A stretch of 64,000 nucleotides of DNA, taken from contig JBBAJU010000010.1 of the NCBI GenBank assembly GCA_040403845.1, positions 12,369 to 76,368 of the forward strand, read 5' to 3'. Positions 19,703 to 28,397 of this stretch are shown here, piece by piece; the first letter of the stretch is position 1; each line of letters starts with the position of its first letter. The position numbers and the translations under genes were made by a program. Under the pieces are notes generated by a model, which saw only the letters and a list, made by a program, of their open reading frames with translations, searched no databases and was not told the origin of the DNA. Source of the DNA: Sediminibacterium sp. GTDB taxonomy: Bacteria; Bacteroidota; Bacteroidia; Chitinophagales; Chitinophagaceae.

Positions 19703-20629
19703 ATGCAATTTAAAAATAATAAAATAAGCTTTTCGCTTTGGGGTTTATTTGCTTTGAGTAGTTGGATAGTATCTTGTAAAAAAGACGGTAATCCAAATAA
19801 TTTACCTCCTGTATCTACTGCTGATTATATTGGAAAAATTGATGGATTTACTTCTTCAGATGAAGTGTTTCCAGAAAGTCTGGTTGCTTATTGGCCTTTC
19901 GATAATTCAAAAAATGAAACAAAGTCAAATACTGCACCTGGAACTTCTTTGAACGATAGTTATGTTTCAACAGGTGTTAAAGGACAAGCATTAAGGTTAA
20001 ATGCTGGATTTTTATATTACCCTACCCAGTTTAATGCTTTTAAAACAGATGTTTTTAGAAGTTTTGCGATAAGTACTTGGATACAGATTTCTAATAATGG
20101 TTCTAGGCGGACTATGTTGTTTCAGTTAACTAGACCTGGCATTTTTAATGGTAGTTTAAACTTTGCGCTAAACACTCAATCATTTCCAGCGTCTAATGTA
20201 ACTGATCTTAAAGTTCAGCCAACTTTTATCACTATTGGAGGAGGTACACAAGACAATATCAATACATTGAGGGATGCACCTGGGGCGCCAAACTATATGC
20301 CTTATATTACTCCACCTATTGGCCCTGGCAAATGGGTTCATTTAGCGTTGAATTATAATGCTAGTAATGGCTTTTTTGATATCTGGATTAATGGGTTAAG
20401 AGCGGGAGCATTTCCTAGCAGAGGTACTGGAAATAATAATTTCAGAGCCGCAGAACCAAGTGAAGTAATCATTGGTGGAAATTATAATGTAATTCCTGGT
20501 AAATCGGTAAGTGCCGATGCAAGTTTTGCAGCAATGACGGGTGTAATTGATGAGTTAAGAATTTATAATATTGCCTTACCTGATGCGCATATTCGCGCAT
20601 TATATAATTTAGGTTTAGCGGGTAAATAA
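19703..20629 (+). CDS. LamG-like jellyroll surface lipoprotein
   Basis: Lipobox IVSC; LVAYWPFD, WVHLALNY, GVIDELRIYNIAL. Confidence 0.85.
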   Translation: MQFKNNKISFSLWGLFALSSWIVSCKKDGNPNNLPPVSTADYIGKIDGFTSSDEVFPESLVAYWPFDNSKNETKSNTAPGTSLNDSYVSTGVKGQALRLNAGFLYYPTQFNAFKTDVFRSFAISTWIQISNNGSRRTMLFQLTRPGIFNGSLNFALNTQSFPASNVTDLKVQPTFITIGGGTQDNINTLRDAPGAPNYMPYITPPIGPGKWVHLALNYNASNGFFDIWINGLRAGAFPSRGTGNNNFRAAEPSEVIIGGNYNVIPGKSVSADASFAAMTGVIDELRIYNIALPDAHIRALYNLGLAGK

Positions 20630-20668
20630 ATTAGTTTTTTAGTTTGAATACTGGGTTTATTATTGACG

Positions 20669-20694
20669 AATACCCGCCTTAGGGCGGGTATTTT
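20669..20694 (+). terminator. Intra-PUL hairpin/terminator
   Basis: Perfect 10-bp stem AATACCCGCC ttag GGCGGGTATT plus TT. Confidence 0.7.
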
Positions 20695-20713
20695 AGATTG
20701 ATTAAATTATTTT

Positions 20714-22060
20714 ATGAAAAAATCTTTATTGCTGATTCTACTGCTAATATGTTCCTCTTTAATTGCACAAAATAAACGAGCGAGTTTAGATCCAATTGCA
20801 TCCAATGATACTGCTTTATTTAGAAAGGTGCAGGCAGCTACTTTTCAATATTTTTGGGATGGTGCTGAACCTGTGAGTGGGCTAGCAAGGGAAAGGGTGC
20901 ATCTTGATAATATTTATCCGCAAAACGACCAAGACGTTGTTACTAGTGGCGGGGGTGGCTTTGGCGTGATGGCCATTTTGGTTGGAATAGAGCGGGGGTT
21001 CATTACTAGAGCTCAAGGAGTAAAAAGATTAGAAACCATTTTACATTTTTTAGAAACAGCAGATCGTTTTCATGGGGCTTGGCCACATTGGTGGAATGGT
21101 AAGACTGGTAAAGTGAAGCCTTTTAGTAAATATGATGATGGAGGTGATTTAGTGGAGAGTTCTTTTATGTTACAAGGGCTATTATGTGTTCGACAGTATT
21201 TTAAAAACGGGAATAAACAAGAAAAAGAGATTGCCGCAAGAGCAGATAAACTCTGGAAAGAAGTTGATTTTAATTTTTATAGAAACAACCAAAATGTATT
21301 GTATTGGCATTGGAGTCCTAATCATGAATGGAAAATGAATTTTGCGGTTAAAGGATATAATGAGTGTTTAATCATGTATATTTTGGCTGCATCTTCACCT
21401 ACCCATGCGGTACCAGCAGAAGTTTATCATGAAGGGTGGGCAATGAATGGTAAGATTAAGGATATTACAGTATCGTATAATCTACCGCTTTCTTTGAAGC
21501 ACCAAGGTAATCCTCCTAATGGAGGCCCTTTGTTTTGGGCACATTATTCTTATTTGGGATTAGATCCTCGAGGATTAAAAGACAAATACGCAAATTATTG
21601 GGATGAAACAGTTAATCAAGCAAAAATTAATTATGAATGGTGTGTACAAAATAGTGAAGGGTTTAAAGGCTATGGACCTAATAATTGGGGTTTAACAGCT
21701 AGCTATTCTGTAAAAGGATATGCTGGTCATGCGCCAAGTAAAGAAAGGGATAAAGGCGTTATTTCTCCTACTGCGGCGCTTTCTTCGTTTCCTTACACTC
21801 CTAAAGAATCGATGCAAGCAATGAAGTTTTGGCACAACGAAATGGGGGATAAGGTATGGGGTAAATATGGCTTTTATGATGCGTTTAGTGTACACCATAA
21901 TTGGTTTCTACCTAGGTATTTGGCTATTGATCAAGGACCCATTGTAGTTATGATGGAAAATTATCGAACGGGTTTATTGTGGAAATTATTTATGAGTAGT
22001 CCTGAAATTCAACAAGGCTTAACTAAATTAGGATTCACAAGTCCTTATATAAAAAAATAA
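20714..22060 (+). CDS. GH144-like beta-1,2-glucanase (glucoamylase-like/DUF3131 family)
   Basis: SGLARER, TSGGGGFG, RFHGAWPHW, GGDLVESS, GYNECLI, GPLFWAHYS, YLAIDQGPI; SPI signal peptide. Confidence 0.85.
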   Translation: MKKSLLLILLLICSSLIAQNKRASLDPIASNDTALFRKVQAATFQYFWDGAEPVSGLARERVHLDNIYPQNDQDVVTSGGGGFGVMAILVGIERGFITRAQGVKRLETILHFLETADRFHGAWPHWWNGKTGKVKPFSKYDDGGDLVESSFMLQGLLCVRQYFKNGNKQEKEIAARADKLWKEVDFNFYRNNQNVLYWHWSPNHEWKMNFAVKGYNECLIMYILAASSPTHAVPAEVYHEGWAMNGKIKDITVSYNLPLSLKHQGNPPNGGPLFWAHYSYLGLDPRGLKDKYANYWDETVNQAKINYEWCVQNSEGFKGYGPNNWGLTASYSVKGYAGHAPSKERDKGVISPTAALSSFPYTPKESMQAMKFWHNEMGDKVWGKYGFYDAFSVHHNWFLPRYLAIDQGPIVVMMENYRTGLLWKLFMSSPEIQQGLTKLGFTSPYIKK

Positions 22061-22062
22061 AT

Positions 22063-22905
22063 ATGAGAAAGTATCTGATTTGGTTTGCTGCATGTTTATA
22101 TGTTACTAATGTAAGTGCACAAATCACCATCAAAGCCATGTCATTTAATATTCGTTTAGATGCAGCTTCTGATGGGGAAAACCGATGGGACTTACGGAAA
22201 AATAGAGTGGCTGGCCTTATGCAATACTATGAACCTGATTTTATTGGCGCTCAAGAAGTATTGCATCATCAATTAACCTATTTAGATAGCAGTCTGGTAA
22301 ACTACAGTTATATTGGTGTTGCAAGAGACGATGGAAAAACCCTTGGGGAGTATTCTTGTATTTTTTATAACCAAGAAAAATACATTCCCATAAAACAAGC
22401 TACTTTTTGGTTGGCACCTAAATCAGACTCAGTATGTATGGGTTGGGATGCGGTTTGCAATCGAGTTTGCACTTATGGCCTCTTTAAAAATAAAAAAACC
22501 AATCAAGTTGTTTGGGTGTTCAATACTCATTTTGATCATGTTGGTAAAGTTGCAAGAATTGAATCCGCAAAATTGATATTGCAAAAAATAAAAGAACTGA
22601 ATGTAAAGAATGATCCAGTAATTTTATTAGGAGATTTTAATTTAAGACCAACAGAAGAGCCTATTCAAAAAATTGCCAGTGAATTAAATAATGCAAGAGA
22701 AATTAGTAATATGGTTTATGGTAATATAGATACTTGGAATGCATTTAAATTCAAAGAAAAACCGAATGGGGGAATTGATTACATTTTTGTGAATAAACAT
22801 AAGAAGATAGTGGTGGATAAATTTGCTACAATTACAGATTCTTATGAATTAAAATATCCAAGCGACCATTTTCCAGTAATGGCAACAATAACTTTATTAA
22901 AATAA
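22063..22905 (+). CDS. Endonuclease/exonuclease/phosphatase (EEP) family secreted phosphoesterase
   Basis: SFNIR, GAQE, NTHFDH, GDFN, IDYIF, SDHFPV; signal peptide. Confidence 0.9.
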   Translation: MRKYLIWFAACLYVTNVSAQITIKAMSFNIRLDAASDGENRWDLRKNRVAGLMQYYEPDFIGAQEVLHHQLTYLDSSLVNYSYIGVARDDGKTLGEYSCIFYNQEKYIPIKQATFWLAPKSDSVCMGWDAVCNRVCTYGLFKNKKTNQVVWVFNTHFDHVGKVARIESAKLILQKIKELNVKNDPVILLGDFNLRPTEEPIQKIASELNNAREISNMVYGNIDTWNAFKFKEKPNGGIDYIFVNKHKKIVVDKFATITDSYELKYPSDHFPVMATITLLK

Positions 22906-22911
22906 TAATAA

Positions 22912-23577
22912 ATGAAACTAGGGAGTAAATATTTTTTCATTGGTTTTGTATTGATTCAATTTTTTGTTGTTGATCGTGTTTTTGCTCAACCATTTATAAA
23001 AGAAATTCAGGCATTTAAACAACAAGACAGCATAGCAATGCCGCCTAAAAATGCCATTTTATTTGCAGGTAGTTCCTCTTTTAGGTTGTGGAAAAATATT
23101 GAAGCAGATTTTCCTGGACATACCATCATTAATAGAGGGTTTGGTGGATCCTCTTTGCCTGATGTGATTCGTTATACAGAAGATATTATATTTCCTTATA
23201 GCCCTAAACATATTGTGATTTATTGTGGTGAAAATGATTTTGCGGCAGATCCTAAATTGCCAAGTGATTCTGTTGTAAGAAGATTTAGAATCCTTTTTAG
23301 TTTGATTAGAAGTCGTTTTATAACTACTCATATCAGTTATGTAAGTATGAAGCCTAGCCCATCAAGATGGAAAATGAAAGACCAAATGATTGCAGCTAAT
23401 GATGGGATCAAGAAATTTTTAAAATCTCAAAGAAGAACAAGCTATGTAGACGTTTGGACGCCAATGTTAGCTGAAAATGGAGAGCCAATGAAAGACTTAT
23501 TCCTCTCGGATAGTTTGCATATGAATACAAAGGGTTATGCAATTTGGCAAAAGGCGATTGAGCCTGTTTTGAGATGA
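22912..23577 (+). CDS. SGNH/GDSL esterase
   Basis: GSSS block I, NRGFGGS, GEND, DSLH catalytic motif. Confidence 0.88.
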   Translation: MKLGSKYFFIGFVLIQFFVVDRVFAQPFIKEIQAFKQQDSIAMPPKNAILFAGSSSFRLWKNIEADFPGHTIINRGFGGSSLPDVIRYTEDIIFPYSPKHIVIYCGENDFAADPKLPSDSVVRRFRILFSLIRSRFITTHISYVSMKPSPSRWKMKDQMIAANDGIKKFLKSQRRTSYVDVWTPMLAENGEPMKDLFLSDSLHMNTKGYAIWQKAIEPVLR

Positions 23578-23650
23578 TTGATTAAAACGCAAATAGGTTG
23601 ATTTAATTGACTGCTTCAAGGATATCCTCATAATCTCCTTATTTTGCAGT

Positions 23651-24289
23651 ATGATTTCGTTTCTAAATGCGTCTATAAATTTGCTTGATAAGCTCATAAA
23701 GGCTGATCACGAATTGTTTTTACTATTAAATACAGTATATACACATCCTGTTTTAGATGCAATTTATCCCTGGTTTAGAGAGGGGAATACATGGATGCCT
23801 TTGTATTTATTCATCATTGTATTGGCCCTAGTAAATTTTAAACAAAAAGCTTTTGCATTTATTTTATTTGCTGTGCTTACGGTTGTGTTGACCGATCAAA
23901 TAAGCAGTAGTTTAATTAAGCCTTTTTTTGAAAGACCTAGACCTTGTAGAGATCCCTTTTTGATGAATCATATACGAATGTTATTAAATGGTTGCTCTGG
24001 GGGTTATAGTTTTACTTCTTCACATGCTACCAATCATTTTGGGTTTGCTATTTATATTATATTCACGTTAAGCAATATAATAGGGAAGTGGAAGTATGCA
24101 TTTTTGGTTTGGGCTGCAGCAATTGCTTACGGTCAAGTATATGTTGGCGTTCATTACCCATTGGATATTTTTTTTGGCGCTTTGTTAGGGTCATTCATCG
24201 GTTTAGTAACTGCTTACTTTCACAACAAGACTGCGGGTAAAATAACTTCAGCAGATATTCAAAATAATTTGAGCCATGGTATCCAATAA
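23651..24289 (+). CDS. PAP2-family membrane phosphatase
   Basis: KPFFERPRP, SFTSSHA, QVYVGVHYPLD. Confidence 0.9.
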   Translation: MISFLNASINLLDKLIKADHELFLLLNTVYTHPVLDAIYPWFREGNTWMPLYLFIIVLALVNFKQKAFAFILFAVLTVVLTDQISSSLIKPFFERPRPCRDPFLMNHIRMLLNGCSGGYSFTSSHATNHFGFAIYIIFTLSNIIGKWKYAFLVWAAAIAYGQVYVGVHYPLDIFFGALLGSFIGLVTAYFHNKTAGKITSADIQNNLSHGIQ

Positions 24290-25946
24290 GTTTTTTTATA
24301 CCGTTATTGGAAGTTGTATTTCCATTTACATACTTGGAATTTTCACTATTCCGTTAATGGATGTTGATGCTTCCCAATATGCTTCTATTAGTAGAGAAAT
24401 GATAGAGCGGGATAGCTTTTTACAAATTTTTGATCGGGGGCAAAATTATTTAGATAAACCCCCTTTATTGTTTTGGTTATCTGCTATAAGTATGCAATTG
24501 TTGGGTGTGTACGATTGGGCATATCGACTTCCTTCTCTACTGGTGTTACTTGCGGGCATTTATGCTACCTATCAGTTTGCTGCCATTTATTATGGTGCTA
24601 CTATAGCAAAATTGAGTGCCATGATTTTGGCTTCTTCGCAAGCGCTTTTTTTAATAAGCCATGACGTTCGGACCGATACCATGCTAATGGGCTGGGTCAT
24701 GCTTTCTATTTGGCAATTGTCATTATGGTTCAAACATCAAGGTTGGATAAACTTTATGTTGGCATTTGTTTTTATTGGATGCGGAATGATGACTAAAGGC
24801 CCAATTGCATTAATGGTTCCCGGGCTTGCTTTTGCTAGTCATTTTTTATTACAAAGGAATTGGAAACAGTTTTATAGATGGGAGTATTTAGTCGGCATTT
24901 TGCTTATAGGCATTATTTTATTGCCCATGTGTATAGGGCTTTATCAGCAATACGATTTACAACCGGGTAAACTGATTAATGGTAGACCGATCAATTCAGG
25001 GCTGCGCTTTTATTTTTGGACTCAAAGTTTTGGAAGATATACAGGAGAAAATTTCTATCATGAGATGAGCTATTTTACTTTCTTGTTAGAGAATATGTTT
25101 TGGAGTTTTCTGCCTTGGATCTTTTTTTTCTTGCCAGCATTATTTTTTGTAATCAAAGATTTATTCAAGTATAAATTCCAAATATCTAGCGAGCAAGAAT
25201 TTATTACTACTGGAGGGTTCATTTTAACTTACATTATATTAGCCAGAAGCCAAGCTCAATTACCCCATTATATATTTGTGGTTTACCCCCTTGCTGCTAT
25301 CATTACTGGTAAATTTTTATATGACTTATTATACCTTGACAAAGCGGTAAAATGGCAAAAACCATTATACTATTTCCATCTATTTATTTTCGTTTTACTT
25401 TGGATTGCTATCATTGTTTTAACTGGTTGGGTATTTGAAAGCGTTTCGTTCTTATTTTCTATATTGGCAATCATTGGGTTTGGCCTATTTGTTTGGGTTG
25501 CTGCTAAAAAAACAGCTTTAATCCCAACAGCGTTGGCTATTGCCTTAATCACTAGTATTGGAGTTAATTTTCTTCTGAATAGTTCCTTTTATCCCCATCT
25601 ATTGAAGTATCAAATGGGTAATGACGCCGCAAAAGCAATTCAAGAAAAACAATTCAATACCACTGATATTAAGTTGTATGGAATTCATAACAGCAATGCC
25701 CTTCATTTTTATGCAAAGCATATTTTCGACTATGAATCCAATAAACAACTGTTTAAACCAACAGAAAAAGTTTTAACGAGTAAGGACAGCGTGGGGGTTT
25801 TCAAGAATTTGTTTCCGGCAGCTGAAATAGTACATGAGGGTAACCAATTTTCTGTTTCCATGTTAACATTTCAGTTTTTAAATCCTGCTTCTAGGACTGA
25901 AGCAACAGGTCGTTATGTAATTTTAGATTTAGACGGCAAGCCTTAG
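24276..25946 (+). CDS. ArnT/PMT-like GT-C glycosyltransferase
   Basis: DVDASQYA, YLDKPPLLFWL, MTKGP motifs; about 12 TM helices. Confidence 0.85.
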   Translation: MVSNKFFYTVIGSCISIYILGIFTIPLMDVDASQYASISREMIERDSFLQIFDRGQNYLDKPPLLFWLSAISMQLLGVYDWAYRLPSLLVLLAGIYATYQFAAIYYGATIAKLSAMILASSQALFLISHDVRTDTMLMGWVMLSIWQLSLWFKHQGWINFMLAFVFIGCGMMTKGPIALMVPGLAFASHFLLQRNWKQFYRWEYLVGILLIGIILLPMCIGLYQQYDLQPGKLINGRPINSGLRFYFWTQSFGRYTGENFYHEMSYFTFLLENMFWSFLPWIFFFLPALFFVIKDLFKYKFQISSEQEFITTGGFILTYIILARSQAQLPHYIFVVYPLAAIITGKFLYDLLYLDKAVKWQKPLYYFHLFIFVLLWIAIIVLTGWVFESVSFLFSILAIIGFGLFVWVAAKKTALIPTALAIALITSIGVNFLLNSSFYPHLLKYQMGNDAAKAIQEKQFNTTDIKLYGIHNSNALHFYAKHIFDYESNKQLFKPTEKVLTSKDSVGVFKNLFPAAEIVHEGNQFSVSMLTFQFLNPASRTEATGRYVILDLDGKP

Positions 25947-25975
25947 ACTGCTTATTTTTACTTATTTTTACCCTA

Positions 25976-27265
25976 ATGATGGAAATTTTTCTGATACTTT
26001 TTTTGATAATTGTCAACGGGCTTTTCTCTATGGCAGAAATTGCCTTGGTTTCTGCAAGAAAAGCACGTTTAGAATCACAAGCGGCTAAAGGAGATGATGA
26101 TGCAGCCAAAGCCCTCAAACTGGCCAACCATCCTGATACTTTTTTGTCAACCGTTCAAATTGGTATTACTTTAATTGGAGTTTTAACTGGTATTTTTTCG
26201 GGAGATAAGTTCAAAGAACCACTTGCAGCTTGGTTGTCAGGGTTTAGTGGATTGGCTGAATATAGTACAACCATTTCTACCACTATTATCGTCATTATTG
26301 TAACTTATTTTTCACTTGTTTTAGGGGAATTAGTACCTAAAAGGATTGGATTAAGTAATCCAGAACGCATTGCTAAATCAGTTGCTGGACCAATGCGTGT
26401 AGCAGGATGGATCACATTCCCTTTTATTTGGTTGCTATCTAAGTCTTCTCATTTTATAGTGAAACTGCTCAGGATTAAAGCCAATGAAAACCAGGTAACA
26501 GAAGAAGAAATTAAAGCCATCATCAGTGAAGGCACCGAACAGGGCACGATTGAAGAAGCCGAGCAAGAAATTATTGAAAGGGTTTTTCATTTGAGCGACC
26601 GAAACATTACTTCTTTAATGACGCATAGAAGCGATATTGAATGGTTAGAAGGAGACAAGAAAGTAGGAGAGGTAAGGGCTCAATTGCAAGATATGATTCA
26701 CTCTGTTTATCCTGTTTGTGAAGAAGATATTGATCATATTAAAGGGGTGGTTTCCATTAAAGATTTATTTACGGCAGATGCAGACGCTAGTATTTTTTCT
26801 ATAATGCGATCTGCTATGTATGTACCAGAGAATAACTCTGCTTACCAAGTATTAGAAAAATTTAAGCAAACTAAAATTCACCAATGTTTTATTGTGGATG
26901 AATATGGCAGTGTGCAGGGATTGATGACCTTAAATGATATTTTAGAAGCGATTGTAGGCGATATTCCACAGGAAGAAGATGAAGACTATGAAATTATTAG
27001 GCGTGCGGATGGTTCATATTTAATTGATGCGCAGATCCCTTTTTATGATTTCTTGAGCAAATTTGATAAAACCGAATGGATGGAAAAATGGGAACAAGAT
27101 TTTAATACCCTTGCGGGGTTCATTATCCATCACTTAGAAAGAATCCCTAAAACAGGAGAGACATTAGAATGGGAATCTTTTACCTTTGAAATCGTAGACA
27201 TGGATAACCATCGAATTGATAAAGTGTTGGTTACTACCAGCGAAGACTTGGTTACTGAAGACTAA
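25976..27265 (+). CDS. HlyC/CorC (CNNM) family transporter, DUF21-CBS-CorC
   Basis: FSMAEIALVSAR, STVQIGIT, GELVPKRIG, VDEYG, TLAGFI. Confidence 0.92.
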   Translation: MMEIFLILFLIIVNGLFSMAEIALVSARKARLESQAAKGDDDAAKALKLANHPDTFLSTVQIGITLIGVLTGIFSGDKFKEPLAAWLSGFSGLAEYSTTISTTIIVIIVTYFSLVLGELVPKRIGLSNPERIAKSVAGPMRVAGWITFPFIWLLSKSSHFIVKLLRIKANENQVTEEEIKAIISEGTEQGTIEEAEQEIIERVFHLSDRNITSLMTHRSDIEWLEGDKKVGEVRAQLQDMIHSVYPVCEEDIDHIKGVVSIKDLFTADADASIFSIMRSAMYVPENNSAYQVLEKFKQTKIHQCFIVDEYGSVQGLMTLNDILEAIVGDIPQEEDEDYEIIRRADGSYLIDAQIPFYDFLSKFDKTEWMEKWEQDFNTLAGFIIHHLERIPKTGETLEWESFTFEIVDMDNHRIDKVLVTTSEDLVTED

Positions 27266-27750
27266 AAACTAAAGCTAGTTGATTTATTAGGAAAGTCTAA
27301 TTTGTAGCTTTTTTGATTCCCCTTACTGTTTACATGAAACAAATTAATTTGACTGCTTTCGAAATCGTGTAAAATAGAGCAGTTGATGTCTACACTGTTC
27401 ATTTCTTTTATTTCCGTTACCTCAAAATAAGACCAAGTACTCTCTTTTATAATTTCATACCCAATATAGTTGAGCTTTACAGCCTTTCCATTAATTTTTA
27501 ATTGAAGGGTTTTGGTAATATATTGATTAATCTGTTGATCAATAATTGCTTTATTTTTTGGTTTGAGGATATCAATCGTTGTGGTAGTATTTTTTTGGAG
27601 TGTCTTTTCTAAGTCGTCAGTAAATATCCTAACGCTGATTTCTGCAGTAGCATCTTTTGCATTATGGTCAATTTCAATTACTGAAACATAGAATGGATGC
27701 AGAAAGGATAGACTTGCTGTTATTAACCATTGGATAAATATTGTTGCCAT
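27262..27750 (-). CDS. DUF6702-family exported protein
   Basis: HPFYVSV after an N-terminal hydrophobic stretch, RIFTDDLE; adjacent to HupE/UreJ. Confidence 0.7.
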   Translation of the reverse strand: MATIFIQWLITASLSFLHPFYVSVIEIDHNAKDATAEISVRIFTDDLEKTLQKNTTTTIDILKPKNKAIIDQQINQYITKTLQLKINGKAVKLNYIGYEIIKESTWSYFEVTEIKEMNSVDINCSILHDFESSQINLFHVNSKGNQKSYKLDFPNKSTSFSF

Positions 27751-27799
27751 TGAACCAATTTATTTATTGCAAATGTCGGTTTTAATTTAAATTGCTCCT

Positions 27800-28384
27800 A
27801 TGAATGATTTTGGCCTTTTTTTTGAAATGGGTTATCAGCATATTGCTGATCTCAATGGAATTGATCATATTTTATTTGTGGTGGCATTATGCATACGCTA
27901 CCAGTTTGCAGATTGGAAGAAGTTATTGTGGTTAATTACTGCATTTACAATTGGTCACTCAATTACCCTGGCTTTAAGTGTTTTCAATATTTTAAACTAT
28001 TCCACTGATTGGATAGAATTTTTAATTCCAATAACCATCTTAGTGACTGCTATTAGCAATGTCTTTGTTAAAAAGTTTGCTTTCAAGGCTAAATTCCCCG
28101 TTATTTACTTTTTTGCCCTTTTTTTTGGCCTAATTCATGGACTAGGGTTTAGCAATTATCTAAAGAGCTTATTGAGTAAGGGGGAAAATATTATTCCAGA
28201 ATTGCTTGCTTTTAATCTTGGATTAGAAGCTGGACAACTCTTGATTGTACTATGCATTCTATTTATTTCACTTATATTCGTAAATCTTTTTAAAGTTAAT
28301 AGAAGGGAATACATGCTGTTTATTTCAGGAGGTGTTTTTGCCATTGCCCTTCAAATGGCTTTAGAAAGAATCCCATTTTTATAA
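27800..28384 (+). CDS. HupE/UreJ-family membrane protein
   Basis: DHILF, FTIGHSITL, FGLIHGLGF, FNLGLEAGQ. Confidence 0.9.
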   Translation: MNDFGLFFEMGYQHIADLNGIDHILFVVALCIRYQFADWKKLLWLITAFTIGHSITLALSVFNILNYSTDWIEFLIPITILVTAISNVFVKKFAFKAKFPVIYFFALFFGLIHGLGFSNYLKSLLSKGENIIPELLAFNLGLEAGQLLIVLCILFISLIFVNLFKVNRREYMLFISGGVFAIALQMALERIPFL

Positions 28385-28397
28385 ATCAACTCCAATT

